The notes below the pieces were generated by a model, which saw only the letters and a list, made by a program, of their open reading frames with translations, was not told the DNA's origin and made no database searches. Source: Octopus vulgaris (lineage: Eukaryota). Taken from it: a DNA stretch of 64,000 nt. Position numbers and translations under genes: made by a program. Shown piece after piece: positions 1-14,889 of this stretch (positions are counted from its first letter, which is position 1; every line of letters begins with the position of its first letter). The stretch is from NCBI GenBank assembly GCA_951406725.2, contig OX597818.1, forward strand, positions 89,094,001 through 89,158,000, written 5' to 3'.

Positions 1-506
1 AATAATAATAATAATAATGATGATGATGATGATGACGACGACGACGACGATGATGATGATGATGATAATGATAAGCCCTGATGCAGTACCAGGCAGTGGC
101 ACTCAAGACTTCTAATCTTAACTGATTGGAAGTGTTATCATGTACATTGTTTTGTCTTGGTATAAAAGATGGGCTACAGCAAATATTCTGTTCAATACCA
201 CAGATCTGCTCGTCAGTTGTTTGACCTTTACCAGTTGAGCATGTTCCTTGGTGACTGACGATATATTCTTCTCTGATCACGAGAAGAAGTAGTGGGGAGT
301 CATCATATCCATGTGCTGAAAGGAATTCTTTGGTGTTTGGGGATATACAGTGGCGGCCAAAATGTTCAGAACGGCATTGTTTTCGTCAGAAAAGTAGTTA
401 TAATTTTTTATCAAAGTTGTTTTATATTCTATAATTTTCACAGAGAATAAATACGATATTATTTGTTATTTCCTGAGATTTTGGATGATTTAGTGATTTA
501 CTGCAA

Positions 507-638
<132 letters not shown>

Positions 639-843
639 CATATATATTATTTCTAGCACCTTAGTCATATGTAGTGACAGTTATAATAATTATAGTCCTT
701 TTTGGTAAAACATTGCATACTACTGTCTATATCAATTTTCTGTATACACATTAGCGATTCGCTAAATCATCCATAGATTTTTTTGGTGCAAACATATAAA
801 CTGACAGTGAATTATGTCCGAAATGTGCCGAGGTCGAGTTAAT

Positions 844-892
844 CCTTACTGATGAGGCAACGGAAATTGCCGAAAGTTACCGGTCAGTATAG
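844..892 (+). ncRNA. Hammerhead-like motif, probably degenerate
   Basis: CTGATGA (849-855), stem II GGCAA/TTGCC, GAAA (872-875), then gttACCGGTC. Stem III has an insertion and stem I pairs poorly. Confidence 0.4.
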
Positions 893-1065
893 AGGGTTCT
901 CGATCGGTGTTTTCCGGCGATTATAGACCTTGCTTTTAAATGCATCAATTCTCTGTATGTGCATTTATTTCCTAGATTACTGATATTTAGCAATGGTTTC
1001 TGCCAATAATTGGATGCGCTATTTCCTATCAGTCATAAAACTGTTGGCGTTTTTGACGACACGAG

Positions 1066-1129
<64 letters not shown>

Positions 1130-1867
1130 GTATTCCTCATTCGACCTCATCAAAGTTTAGTTGATTGATGATGATGACGAGGAGGAGGAGGAGGAGGAGG
1201 AAGAGGAGGCGGAAAAAGAAGAAGAAGACGTTAATATCTCATTTTCATAGACGGCATAAACAACCTAGATGAAGGGATTATTTTTATCTTTGTACCTTTT
1301 TTTGTGCCCTTGATTTTTTTTAATAATTTCGTTCCGATAGACTTTAAAGGAGAAAAGTGCGTACATACATTCACACATACGTACGTAGATACGGAAGTAC
1401 AGACATACACACATATATACGTATATACATACACACATGCATGCATACATACATACAGACAGACGTACGTGCGTGCGTGTATGCATGCATAATTACGTAC
1501 GTACATGCATACACACATACATATACACATACATTCATGCATGCATGCATGCATCAATCCATGCATACATACATATATATGCATGCATACATACATACAT
1601 TCATTCATACATAAGTACGTAGGTAAGTACGTAAGCACGAACGTACATACTTACACACACACATACATACATACATCCATACATGTATGCATACATTCAT
1701 CATTCCATACATACATACATACATACATACATGTACATAAATGCATGCATATTTGCGTACATGCATACACAATCAAACCGACAGACCGACAGGCAGGCAA
1801 CTAGCTAACCAGACCGACTGACAGACAGAGAAATAAGCAGATAGGCTGAGAGAGCGATCGATCGATC

Positions 1868-1929
<62 letters not shown>

Positions 1930-1934
1930 CAGAC

Positions 1935-2020
<86 letters not shown>

Positions 2021-2205
2021 GTAGATGGATAGATAGATAGTGGTGGGGAGAGTATGTGACAGAAAGAAGAACATGCAGTATCAGACTGCAATAATAGATG
2101 ACAATATTTGTCTGTCTGTTTGTCTGTGTCTGTGTGTGCTTATGGATGCGTTGTTGTTTGTAGGTGGGTATGTATATGTATATGTATGTAAATAAGTCCG
2201 TAATA

Positions 2206-2245
<40 letters not shown>

Positions 2246-2546
2246 GTTTGTAGATAGATAGATAGATAGATACATACATACATACATACATACATACATA
2301 CATACATACATACATACATACACAGAAAGAAAGATATACATACATACATAGATATTTATGTATGTATATACGTATACACAAACAAATATAATATATATAT
2401 ACGAAGGGACAAACGGAAAAAGAGCTCTTACATTTATTGGGAGTTATAGTGTGGATCAAACTGTTTTGATCTATCTATCTATCTATCTATCTATTTATCT
2501 GTCTCTCACTCTCCCCCTCTCTCTCTCTTTCTTTCTCTCTCTCTCT

Positions 2547-3485
<939 letters not shown>

Positions 3486-3497
3486 TGTATGTATATA

Positions 3498-3866
3498 TCT
3501 ATTATATAAAATCCGTTCTGCCTGTCTGTCTGTGTCTCTTCTAGGATCTCGGGTATCCTCCATCCGATTGCGTTCAAATTTGATATGTAGATACCGACGG
3601 TATCAGGGCGTGTATAAGTCTTGAAAACATTACAAAAATCGATTCCAGGTAAGAATGCGATCGATAAAGTCATGGGAACATGCTTTTCTTTCTTTGGAAT
3701 AGAAAAAAGTCTATCTTTATTTCTTCTTTTGCTGGTGTCTCAAATTTATGTTAAATCAGTGTTTCTCAAAGGGCAGGCCTATGAGACGGTCGGACAAGTT
3801 GTTTTGAGAAAATTTGGTTTAAATGTTTGACAACTCAGCACTGTCCATTGGGCAGGGGGCGTTTTG

Positions 3867-3868
<2 letters not shown>
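3498..3868 (+). mobile_element. Non-autonomous Helitron-like fragment
   Basis: Starts TCTATTATATAAAA, then a (CTGT)n tract and CCGATT..AAATTTG, typical of non-autonomous Helitron 5' ends. No clear 3' CTAG seen. Confidence 0.45.
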
Positions 3869-3926
<58 letters not shown>

Positions 3927-3930
<4 letters not shown>

Positions 3931-4110
3931 GAAATTTATAGAAAAACAAAAGACTAAGACAGGTGTATGAACAAGCAACTGTCATAGTTAGACGCTGAGG
4001 AAAATGTAATCATCCTTTACGTTTCGAGCCTACGTTCTTTAAGAGAAAGGAATAAGAGAAAATAAACAGAGAGAGAATAAAAAAACTTGTAGATTTCAGC
4101 AGTCTAGCGG
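3927..4110 (-). mobile_element. Short TA-flanked PLE-like repeat with decayed minimal hammerhead (family of 50341-50511)
   Basis: Minus strand ...GAACGTAGGCTC-GAAACGTA-AAGG...CCTCAGCGTCTAAC. Homologous to 4260-4400, 4705-4800, 28200-28330, 35480-35660 and 50341-50511. Confidence 0.6.
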
Positions 4111-4534
4111 TCTATATATATATAGATCTTTTATATTTTGTTTCTTTTACTTCAGTCTTTTATTTGTACTGTTCTCATGCTAAGGCATTTTAGTATTTTA
4201 TTCAAACGAATAGATCTCAGTACTTATTCTTTTAAATCCTGTTACTTATTCTATCGGTCTCTTATCCTAGAAGAACTTTGGCTCGAAATGTCAAGGACTT
4301 CTCCCAAAACTCCTGAGCGTCAAACTAACATACTGTGTTTGTTGTTCCCTCAGCTGCCTTTGTCTTTTTTTCTGTTACTTTTTTTTGTGCAATTTTGAAC
4401 TCTGTATGTGTGTGTGTGTGTGTGTGTGAAAGAAAGAGAAAGGGAATCTGTCACAGCAGTCAGTCAGGCAGACAGGCAGTTAGGCATGCTGAGAAATACG
4501 AGAGGAAATGCTATAACGTAAAGCGTTCTATATG

Positions 4535-4625
<91 letters not shown>

Positions 4626-4825
4626 GTGTATGTACATATATATATATATATATACTTATATATAAATATATATATATATATATTCATACATATACATATA
4701 TATGTACTACTTTAACGCTCGGGAAGTGAAAAAGTCTATAATGTATCGAGCCTACGCTCTTCCACAGAAAGGAACACAGAAAGAAACAAGGAGAGAAAAT
4801 ATGTATGTATATGTATATATATATG

Positions 4826-4856
<31 letters not shown>

Positions 4857-4876
4857 AGGTATATGTATATATATAT

Positions 4877-4926
<50 letters not shown>

Positions 4927-5357
4927 TTATATATACATATATATATATATTTATAATTTTATTTATTAATGTGTAAGTATTGAATAAACTATATTACCAA
5001 AATGTGTTTTAAGAAAATATCGCCCACGTATGTATTCTTGAAAGTAAAATTTGTCTTGACAAATTTTTTTATTCAATTAAATACTCTTTGTTTATTTCTG
5101 ATGTTCTGATGATGTTTATATTTAAATAAGTATATACTGCTATCCTGCTAAATTACCGTTATCGCAGACAGGAAGAAAAATGACACCATATTTGTTTCTT
5201 TGTCTTTCTGTTACCAATTCTTTCTCTCTCTTTCCGTATCACTCTCTTTCTCACTCACCCTCTCTCTTTTGTTATATATTGCTCTCTCTATATATGTGTA
5301 TTTGTGTGTATGTGTGTATGTTGTTTATGTATAGGTATATATGTATATATGCATATA

Positions 5358-5392
<35 letters not shown>

Positions 5393-5395
<3 letters not shown>

Positions 5396-5782
5396 AGTGT
5401 CTGTGTGGTAAGTAGCTTGTTTACCAACCACATGGTTCCGGGTTCAGTCCCACTGCGTGACACCTTGGGCAAGTGTCTTCTACTATAGTCTTGGGCCGAC
5501 CAAAGCCTTGTGAGTGGATTTGGTAGACGGAAACTGAAAAAATCCCGTCGTATATATGTATATATATATGCGTGTGTGTGTTTGTGCGTCTGTGTTTGTC
5601 CCCCTAGCATTGCTTGACAACCGATGCTGGTGTGTTTATGTTCCCGTTACTTAGCGGTTCGGCAAAAGAGACCGATAGAATAAGTACTGGGCTTACAAAA
5701 GAATAAGTCCCTGGTTGAGTTGCTCGATTAAAGGCGGTGCTCCAGCATGGCCGCAGTCAAATGACTGAAACAAGTAAAAGAG
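5393..5782 (+). mobile_element. tRNA-derived SINE family A
   Basis: A/B-box head (GTGTGGTAAG...GGTTCAGTCC), internal (TA)/(TG) linker, tail ending GAAACAAGTAAAAGA. Near-identical to 43170, 53694 and 59555. Confidence 0.9.
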
Positions 5783-5799
5783 AGAGAGAAAAAGGAGAG

Positions 5800-5831
<32 letters not shown>

Positions 5832-6094
5832 TACACACACATGCGTGTTTGTGTATGTATGCGTAGATAGATGGATATGTCTAAGTATGTGTTTATATGT
5901 GTACATATATATTCATATGTGTATGTGCGTGTGTAGTAATAGAGAGGGCTGGTAAGCACTGTTCGATGAGAAACAGTTCTAGTATTGACAGATTTTTATT
6001 TTTTGCTTTTGAAATGGTGTGCTAAATTGATAAACAAAGACCATGTTTTAAATAAACAAGCCATATAACTGATGCTCACACCACGTTGAAACAG

Positions 6095-7010
6095 CCTTTC
6101 GTGTTCAGTTAAGTCCACACTGCTTCATAATAAACATTTTGCGCTCAAGTAGACACAGCTTCATATGGATGCTTTGTCCTAGAACGAACATTGATTCAAT
6201 ATCAATAGATTGCGCTCAAGTAGACATCATTTCAAAATCGGCATTTTGCACTCAGATAGACACAACTCCAAACCAGGCACTTTTTGTCTCAAGCACACAC
6301 ACCTCAGAATTGATGCTTTATCCTCAAATGAACATTGATTCAAAATAGGCTCTTTAAACTCAAGTACACACTGTTTCAAAACGGGCATTTGGCCCTCAAG
6401 TAGGCACCATATCAAAATTGGCACTTTGCACTCAGGTAGACATGACTCCAAACCAGACACTTTTTGTCTCAAGCACACACACCTCAGAATAGATGCTTTA
6501 TCCTCAAATGAACAGTGATTCAAAATCGGCACTTTACACTCAAGTAGACACTATTTCAAAACGAGCAATTTTCCCTCAAGTAGACACCATTTCAAAATTG
6601 GCACTTTGCACTCAGGTAGACATGACTTCAAACCAGACCCTTTTTGTCTCAAGCACACACACCTCAGAATGGATGCTTTATCCTCAAATGAACATTGATT
6701 CAAAATCAGCACTTTGCACTCAAGTAGACACGACCTCAAAACAGACTCAGGTAGACATCGCCTCAGCATGACTACTTTTCATCATGTAAACACTGATTCA
6801 AAATCTGCACTCTGCGCTCAAGTAGACACTACTTCAAACAGACGTTTCACGATGAAGTTAGGCACTTCTTCAAAATCGATACTTTGCCGCTCAAGTGGAC
6901 ACTACTTCACAATTGGCACACTATGCTCAAGTGGACACGACTTCTAAATCGACATTTTTGCACAAGAAAACATAAATTCAGAATCAGCAATATGTGCTCA
7001 AATCGGCGTG
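6095..7010. repeat. Minisatellite with ~36-bp monomers in a 180-bp higher-order repeat
   Basis: Monomer approx TCAAAATCGGCACTTTGCACTCAAGTAGACAC. The block AACCAG..CTCAAGCACACACACCTCAGAAT recurs at 6271, 6451 and 6631. Confidence 0.9.
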
Positions 7011-7127
7011 CTGCATCGTCGAATTCCTGTATTTAAAAGGCAAAGGCATTTGCCTGACCGCACAAACAGAATTGATCCGTTCTTTTCTTCATATATATGT
7101 GTGTGTTTTCGTGCGTGTGTGTACATG

Positions 7128-7160
<33 letters not shown>

Positions 7161-7217
7161 GTGTGTACATGTGTGTGTGTGTGTACATATATGTACATAC
7201 ATGTATGTGTATATATG

Positions 7218-7260
<43 letters not shown>

Positions 7261-7264
7261 TTTC

Positions 7265-7295
<31 letters not shown>

Positions 7296-7368
7296 CATAT
7301 ATATACGTATATATATACATATATATATATATGTATATATATACATACATACATATATAAATATACAA

Positions 7369-7451
<83 letters not shown>

Positions 7452-8542
7452 AATGTATGTATGTATATATGTTTCCTTTTCAAAGGAAGACAGAAAAAAT
7501 ATACGAAATTAGATTGTAAGAAGCTGAAAGATTTATCAGTGTTCAACAATAACACAGAAGCTTGTCATTTTCGTTTGATAACATTCCCTCAATGCTGAAA
7601 AAATACCAATATCAATCGTTAATTCAATTATGCTTTTTGTTTGTTTTTATTTTATTTTATTTCATTTTGTTGCAAGAAATCGAAGTAGGTCTGGTTGTAA
7701 AGAAAACAAATATCAGCCTGGTTTTGTTTTCTTTGAAAAAGGTAAAAAAATAAAAGCATACTAAACCTTCAGTTGATACAGAATAACTGTATAAATGTCT
7801 GAGAAATAATAACTCCTTCCAACCGACGGAATCTTCTTGGTATTATTTTTTCGAAAGCGTTGAATCTCGCTTCATAATTCGAATAAGTATCACCGCTATT
7901 TTAATCCTTCTGTATGCTTATCGTTGGGTGCCAATTCAAGAGTTTATTAAATTATATTTCGAATATTATTGTATATTTTGTAAAACAGTATATGTATATT
8001 GTGTAAAATATAAATTTTATTCAAATTTATAAAAAGAAAGAAAAAAAAACAGGTTCAGAAAACTGCAACAAAATGTAATGTTATAAACGGAAAACATTGA
8101 TGTCATCGCATAAACCGTATTACACAAATGTGTTTTAAGAAAATATCGCCTCCATATGTAGTCTCGAAAATAACATTCGTCTAAATAATTATTTTTATTC
8201 AATTAGATACATTTTTCTTATATTTCCGACATACTAATGTTTATTTATTTTATATTACATTTTTATCCATCCATCTAAATATACAGTTGCGTTCGTGAAC
8301 ATATAGATACTATTTAGTTATATGAAATAGTTAAAATATTTCAACTTTTAAATATCTAGAAATACAAGCCATTATTTACAATAAATTCTCCAAATGGAAT
8401 ATAGGTAAGTAAAATATTTAGACACTACACATGTATTGTGTACTATATCAATTTTTGTTAGGCAGTATTTCTAAGGCATTTTTATAAACACACACACCCC
8501 AAACCCGATATTTACAATACATTCTTAATTTAATGATATATA

Positions 8543-9082
8543 GGCGTAGGCGTGGCTGTGGTGGTAAGAAGATTGATTCTCAGCCACATGATGCCGGATT
8601 CAGACCCACTTATTTCTTTATTGCTCACAAGGGGCTAAACATAGAGGGGACAAACAAGGACAGACAAAGCGATTAAGTCGATTACATCGACCCCAGTGCG
8701 TAACTGGTACTTTATTTATCGACCCCGAAAGGATGAAAGACAAAGTCGACCTCGGCGGAATTTGAACTCAGAACGTAGCGGCAGACGAAATACGGCTACG
8801 CATTTCGCCCGGCGTGCTAACGTTTCTACCAGCTCGCCACCTAATGCCGGATTCAGACCCACTGCGTACCACCTTAGGTAAGTGTATTTTACTATAACCG
8901 CTTGACAATCAGTTTTGGTGTGTTTACATCCCCATAACTTAGCGGTTCAGAAAAATAGACTAATAGAAAGAGTATCAGTCTTTACAAAAAATAATAAGTA
9001 GTGGGCTCGATTCTTTCGACTAAAATTTTCCAAGGTGGTGCCCCAAAATGGCCGAAGTTTAATGATTAAAACAAGTAAAACA
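8543..9082 (+). mobile_element. SINE family A interrupted by a family B SINE
   Basis: Head at 8543-8610, resumes at 8844. Family A tail follows. Confidence 0.85.
8611..8843 (-). mobile_element. SINE family B with 20-bp target-site duplication
   Basis: ATGCCGGATTCAGACCCACT at 8591-8610 and 8844-8863. Body matches 47638-47870 and the 57762 array. Confidence 0.92.
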
Positions 9083-9397
9083 TTAAAAACATATACTTTG
9101 GACAACCGCAATTGGTTCCACGGCCTTCCATGTGTTTATTTCTGGTGGAGCTTCCTTTATTTGAGTTTCTTGTCGTGATGGACGTTCACACAGTATCGCC
9201 GATAAAAAGTTGCCTCGGTATTTTTTTAACACATTCACATCTATACCTCGTGGGGCTCTGAGTTTTTTTGTGGCAAAATACTGAAAACTGGGAGCATTAA
9301 ATCCTTAGCAATTTTTGGATAATTACAAACATGTAAAACTAAATATGCACCTGTGCGTGTATATATATATATATATATATATAACTTGTTTTACCCA

Positions 9398-9760
9398 TCA
9401 TTCTTCAAATCTTAAGGAGATCTTGCAGATTTTTATAGTCTCAGATATCGTGATCATTTGTAGCATATAAATTAAGGATTTCTCCAAGATCCCAAGTTCA
9501 ACCATACTCTGTTACAGATGGCTCGGCATGTATCCCGTTACTCCAATAATAACAGGTATGTTCTCTTGTATTTTTCTAACCACATTCGTGTCCAGAGGAC
9601 AGTTGATTTCCACAACAGAACATATCTTTTCTTTGCGGTCCCACACGAGATCTGATCGATTGTGTTTTACCTTGGTGGATCTTTTAATCTTTAACTTCTA
9701 TCAATATTCCTTTGCCACATCGGTCTCAATCAATATGGCCAACTTCGTTTGTAGGTATTT
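9398..9760 (-). pseudogene. R4/Dong-like (RLE-type) non-LTR retrotransposon 3' fragment
   Basis: Minus-strand translation KVKHNRSDLVWDRKEKICSVVEINCPLDTNV...IPVIIGVTGYMP..L*..TIKICKISL matches the HNRPD..D/E..P..K restriction-like endonuclease C-terminus. Contains an internal stop. Confidence 0.8.
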
Positions 9761-11233
9761 TCTTTTTTGCATGTATGTATGCATGCATAAACGAATGAAT
9801 GCACGGATAGACGTATATAATATATAACTACGCCTCTACCATTGCACCTGCTGCTGCGAATCGACGCTCTTTATATGTAACATTGCCGAATCGTTAGCAC
9901 ACCGAGCAAAACTCCTAACGGCATTTCGTTCGCCTTTAAGTTCTGAGTTCAAATTCCGCAGAAGTCAACTTTAGCATTTCCGGTAAAATGCTTAGCGGCA
10001 TTTCGTCCGTTTTTACGGACCTGTAAGGTTCTTTGATTGACCCTAGTTGGAGCTTCTATTGTATCAGAGAGTCGGCAACATAGATGTGTTCACATATTTT
10101 CTATACTCTGGATACATTTATCTCATCTGTCACTCCACTTCCTTTCTTCACATCATCTTTTATTTAAACCCCCAAACAAACTGTAAACAGTCCTTGTAAT
10201 GATCTCCCCATCTGATGCTTCTGCCAATTGAAAGAAACCCTTATACTAGTTGATGTTGCTGTTGCTGCTTAGTTCATACTTGGCCTTGATTAAGTAAACC
10301 TATCACTAAAATGAATTTAATTATGTCTATCACGAGTATTTCTCTGTTTTTAGGAACTATGTAACCCTGATTGTATCATTCAATGTAACCCTTTTCATGT
10401 GGTAGACAATGTTTCAGCTGTTATTTCTAGCAAATTTAATGACCACGGGGAGATCTTTGTTGCTTTATATCTCGCTGTATCGAGACCTTCAATAATTATT
10501 TGAAACAATAATAGAAAGTATAGATCTCCCGATCTTGGACTTTAATACTAAATTATCATAAAACATAATTAACTTCCCTTCATTTCAAATTAATTTCACT
10601 CTTAATTTCACCTCAAGGACTACACCATTGTCTCACTTAAGTAATTTCATACAGAAAATCTGATTACCTGCAAATGGATCTCGTCGGGATTCTTCACTGC
10701 TGCAATATCCTTAAGGCCCTCATGTAAATATAACCTCTCCAAAATTATGTTTACCTACTACTCTGCATGTACTTATGACGAATAAGTATTTAATTAAGAG
10801 CTGTGAAGACACAGGAGTGTTCAGATATGCCTGCCATAATATTTTAGATAAAAACCGACGCCAAATTAAAAGCTAGTAGTTTTTTCGTTCGACTAAATAT
10901 AAGACGGTTGATGTAAGATGACAATTTTGAAAGCAATATTTCTTCTGTGTTAGTTAGAAGCCTGACAGATATTTCAATATATTTTTCGAAGAGTTGCTTG
11001 AAAATATAAAGAATACACATTGCAAAAGCATTGTTATAAACGTGATTGATAACTTACATCAACTTCGATGAAGTTTTAGCGTGAAAATTCCATTTTCTGT
11101 ATTCTTGGTTCCAACTATTTTCTAGACCGTTGTGATAAATGTGGAGAATGTCGAGTTAAACGTTTTATATTATGAACGGCAAGTTTAACGTAGATATTAT
11201 GTAAATGGCAAACAAAATCCAAGGTCGGATAAA

Positions 11234-11297
<64 letters not shown>

Positions 11298-12162
11298 GCT
11301 GATTACATGTGGTAGTTTAATTGAAACGAACCAACATGTAATACATGCATAAAAGTCAAAATTACAAATAGCGGCAAAGAATTAATTTGTTTTTATTTTT
11401 ATTATTTCTAATGTAAATATGTTTTTGCTGTTACAATTTGAGGATATTAAAATTACTGGATGAATGCATTCCCATTTAAAAGAGAAAAAAGAAAGAAAGA
11501 AAACAACACAACAAATCGTTTCAAAATACAAACCAGAATATTTTGTTACTTTTACATGAATAGAACTGAATTTAGATTCGTAATTAACCCTTCATTTGAA
11601 TTTGTATAAACTGTTGTGCCACCGGGGTCAAATAAACTTTAAGGAACGGTTCAATGCATTAACGGTAATTTAAAACGAGATTGTTGAGTCGCCGCTGAGG
11701 ATTGTTCCGTAATGAAATGCGCGTAAGTAGAAATGCTGAGATTAACAGCGGTTGAATGCGCATCGCTAACAATCCGATGATCACTTGAAGCTATCAGTAA
11801 ATGGATACATCTACGTATCGCATATTTCGAAGTAATTCTTATAAAGGTTGGCATTTCCCTCTACCAAAAGATGGCAGATAGGAAGCAATAAAAAAACGGT
11901 TAGCTATTGACTACACACAAGTGGACGTAAAGCAGATATTGTTACAGTGTTACATTTGTTGAGGTGGTTGTTGTTGTTGTTGTTGTTGTTGTTGCTTAGT
12001 TCCAAGTCAACGTTGACTAAATAAGCCTATAATCAAAGGCAATCCAAATACAACCAGCCATTTTTTCCTCATTTGTATATCTATGACTATATTCTCTTAT
12101 GTGTTCTGTATTTATAAAAACTCATTACAGTGTAATTTGGTGGAAATTTGACTGTTATTTCT

Positions 12163-12390
12163 AGCAGAGTTAGCGGTTGGAATAACCGTCTAAGGATAAG
12201 ACTATCCGTTCTTACTATCGATATCATTTACTTATGTTAACCCTGGGCATGGGTATGCAAGCACCTCTATACTGATAGGGTACAGGTAATAATAGAATAA
12301 ACAAACGTTTATCAGGAATCAAATTTAAAATAAGCAGAAATTGGAGAAAACTTTTGATCAACAAAGAATTTGACCAACTTCGGTTAATGT
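12163..12390. repeat. ~230-bp direct duplication (second copy ~13586-13815)
   Basis: AGCAGAGTTAGCGGTTGGAATAACCGTCTAAGGA...GACCAAC.TCGGTTAAT is present twice. Confidence 0.85.
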
Positions 12391-13122
12391 TATTCTAAAT
12401 ACTATTTCATTGAATCGGTTTTTGATTTAGGCGCAAGGCCGGCTAATTCAAGAGGAGGCGGTTAGCCTATACCATCGAGAATGGCACTTGTCTAGGACAT
12501 TATTAGATCAACACTGGAAGCATAAAAGGTAAAGTTGTACTCAACAAGATTAGAATTCAAAATATAAAATGCCGGAGCAAAAACCACAAAGCATTTTTTT
12601 CCCAACGCTCTAAAGATGTTACCAACTGGTCACCTGATTTTTTCTCTTATCGGATACAAAGAAGAAACAACTAACGAAACAAATTCATTACAGATTATTC
12701 AGGAACGCTTTTCCGATTAAAAGAGTCCACTACCTTTATTGTTAAGAAACTGACTCATGAAAGCATTTAATTCAGAAACATATAAAGATGTCAGCTTCTT
12801 AATCACATAAGAATCTACTGACGTATACTGTCGAATGTTCGAACAAAACCATGTTTTGGAGATGCGATCCTTGTTTATCTCAGATAAATTAATGTTTACT
12901 TTTGTTTTATATATTTTTCTGCCATTTTCCTTCTTGCTTTTCTTTTTTGTTTCTTGCCGTTTTATCCTTATTTTTCTCTTCTTTCATTCTACCCTTATGC
13001 ATCTGGCTAAGTTCATGGTGAAGTGCTGAAGCTTGAAACGTCAAAAACAATTCTACTTCCGTCACAAACATCAAACCAATAATTACACTGAATGTTTTTC
13101 ATTATCTTCAGTTCTATATTCT

Positions 13123-13168
<46 letters not shown>

Positions 13169-14040
13169 GCATGTGTGTGTGTGTGTATTATTCGAATTTC
13201 ATAGTATTAAATATCCATCACCGTTGGTCTTACCAATCGGTTTCTCGTAAAAATACAATGGAGTATTAGGTAACATTCCAATTATGCTATTACGCTCATC
13301 AGAGATAGCTGACATGGAAGGGAATATGATATTCACGGAAGTGGCTTAGCACCACCGGTCAGCAGCAGTGGTGAAACGAAAAATGGACCAGGGGATTTGG
13401 CTAGTAGTTATGTCACTTGATTGGGTAAGCTGTGAAACCGGCAAGAGTTATCTAAAGTGGGGAAAATGTGTATTATTAATGTGGTGCCCTTGCGGAGATA
13501 GGGTATGTGGCATGGGGTGTGTGGTATGTGTAGCGGTGTCATATGCATAATTTTTTCTGGGAGTGTAGGTATATGTATGTAGGTAAGCAGAGTTAGCGGT
13601 TGGAATAACCGTCTAAGGAATAAGAATAGCCGTTCTTACTATCAGTATTATTTACCTATGTTGACCCTGGGCATGGGTATGCAAGCACACTATACTCATA
13701 GGGTACAGGTAATAACAGAATAAACAAAAGTTTATCAAGAATCAAATTTAAATAAGCAGAAATTGGAGAAAAACTTTTGATCAACAAACAAAGAAATTGA
13801 CCAACATCGGTTAATTATTTTTTAGTACAAAACATAACATTTCTTACGGCCGTTTCGGCTGCCAATGTCAGTCGGTGCTTACAAAGAAAATTCCGAAAAT
13901 AGTTTCCACCATCTTTATAGCGCATTCGATCTAGTACATGGAGCTTCATCAGGGTGACTACTTGCTAGTTCACTCTTTTGCCTATTGACTTTAAGCTTCA
14001 CACTGCAAAATGGCATGATTCTAATATATTAAGCCTTCTA

Positions 14041-14250
14041 AGGCGGCGAGCTGGTAGAAACGTTAGCACACTGGGCGAAATGCTTAGCGTTATTTCGTCC
14101 GTCTTTACGTTCTGAGTTCAAATTCCACCGACTTTGCTTTCATCCTTTCGGGGTCGGTAAATTAAGTACCAGTTGCGCACTGGGGTCGATCTAATCGACT
14201 GGCCCATCCCCAAAAATGTTGGGCCTTGTGCCGAGAGAAGAAAAGAATAT
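14041..14250 (+). mobile_element. SINE family B
   Basis: GGCGGCGAGCTGGTAGAAACGTTAGCAC head, GTTCAAAT B-box, flanking TTAAGCCTTCT duplication. Confidence 0.85.
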
Positions 14251-14554
14251 GTTAAGCCTTCTGGCCTCATCTTTAGGCCCTGTTCTTTCCTCTTCCCTTC
14301 GTTTATTTTATTTTATGTATTTGTATTCACTCTGACAAACTCCATTTACTTGATCGAATGTGCTATAAATATGGCGAATATCTTTTTCAGAATTTTCTTT
14401 CTAAGCACCGACTGGCATTGGCGGCCGAAACGGCCGTAAGAAATGTTATGTAATGCTATGTTATGCTTTGTATTAAAAAATAGTTAACCGATGTTGGTCA
14501 ATTTGTTTTTCTTTTCTTTTGTTGATCAAATGTTTTCTCCATTTTCTGCTTATT

Positions 14555-14611
<57 letters not shown>

Positions 14612-14637
14612 GTGTGTGTGTATGTATGTATATATAT

Positions 14638-14676
<39 letters not shown>

Positions 14677-14889
14677 ACTGTGTTTGTTGGTCTGCTTTCT
14701 TTCTGTAAAGGATAAAGTTGTGGTTTTTTAAGCGTGTGGTGTGTAAGTTATAATGTGTGTGGGGGTGGTCTGTGTATATGTGGGGGTAGAATTTGCATGG
14801 GGAGGTATGTGATGAGGGGTAGTTATGTGTGGGATGTCTGCCTTAAAGGGGTGTGCGTATGTGTACCTGGGTGCATTGGTGTATGTCTT

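Noticed and set aside
11620-11860. Possible exon or conserved non-coding element
   Set aside because: Complex non-repetitive sequence, but there is no recognisable protein similarity or supportable splice pair without a search.
13270-13305. Minus-strand CTGATGA-GC..GC motif (similar weak cases near 16715-16760 and 24120)
   Set aside because: GAAA or CUGANGA and the stems are too damaged to distinguish from chance.
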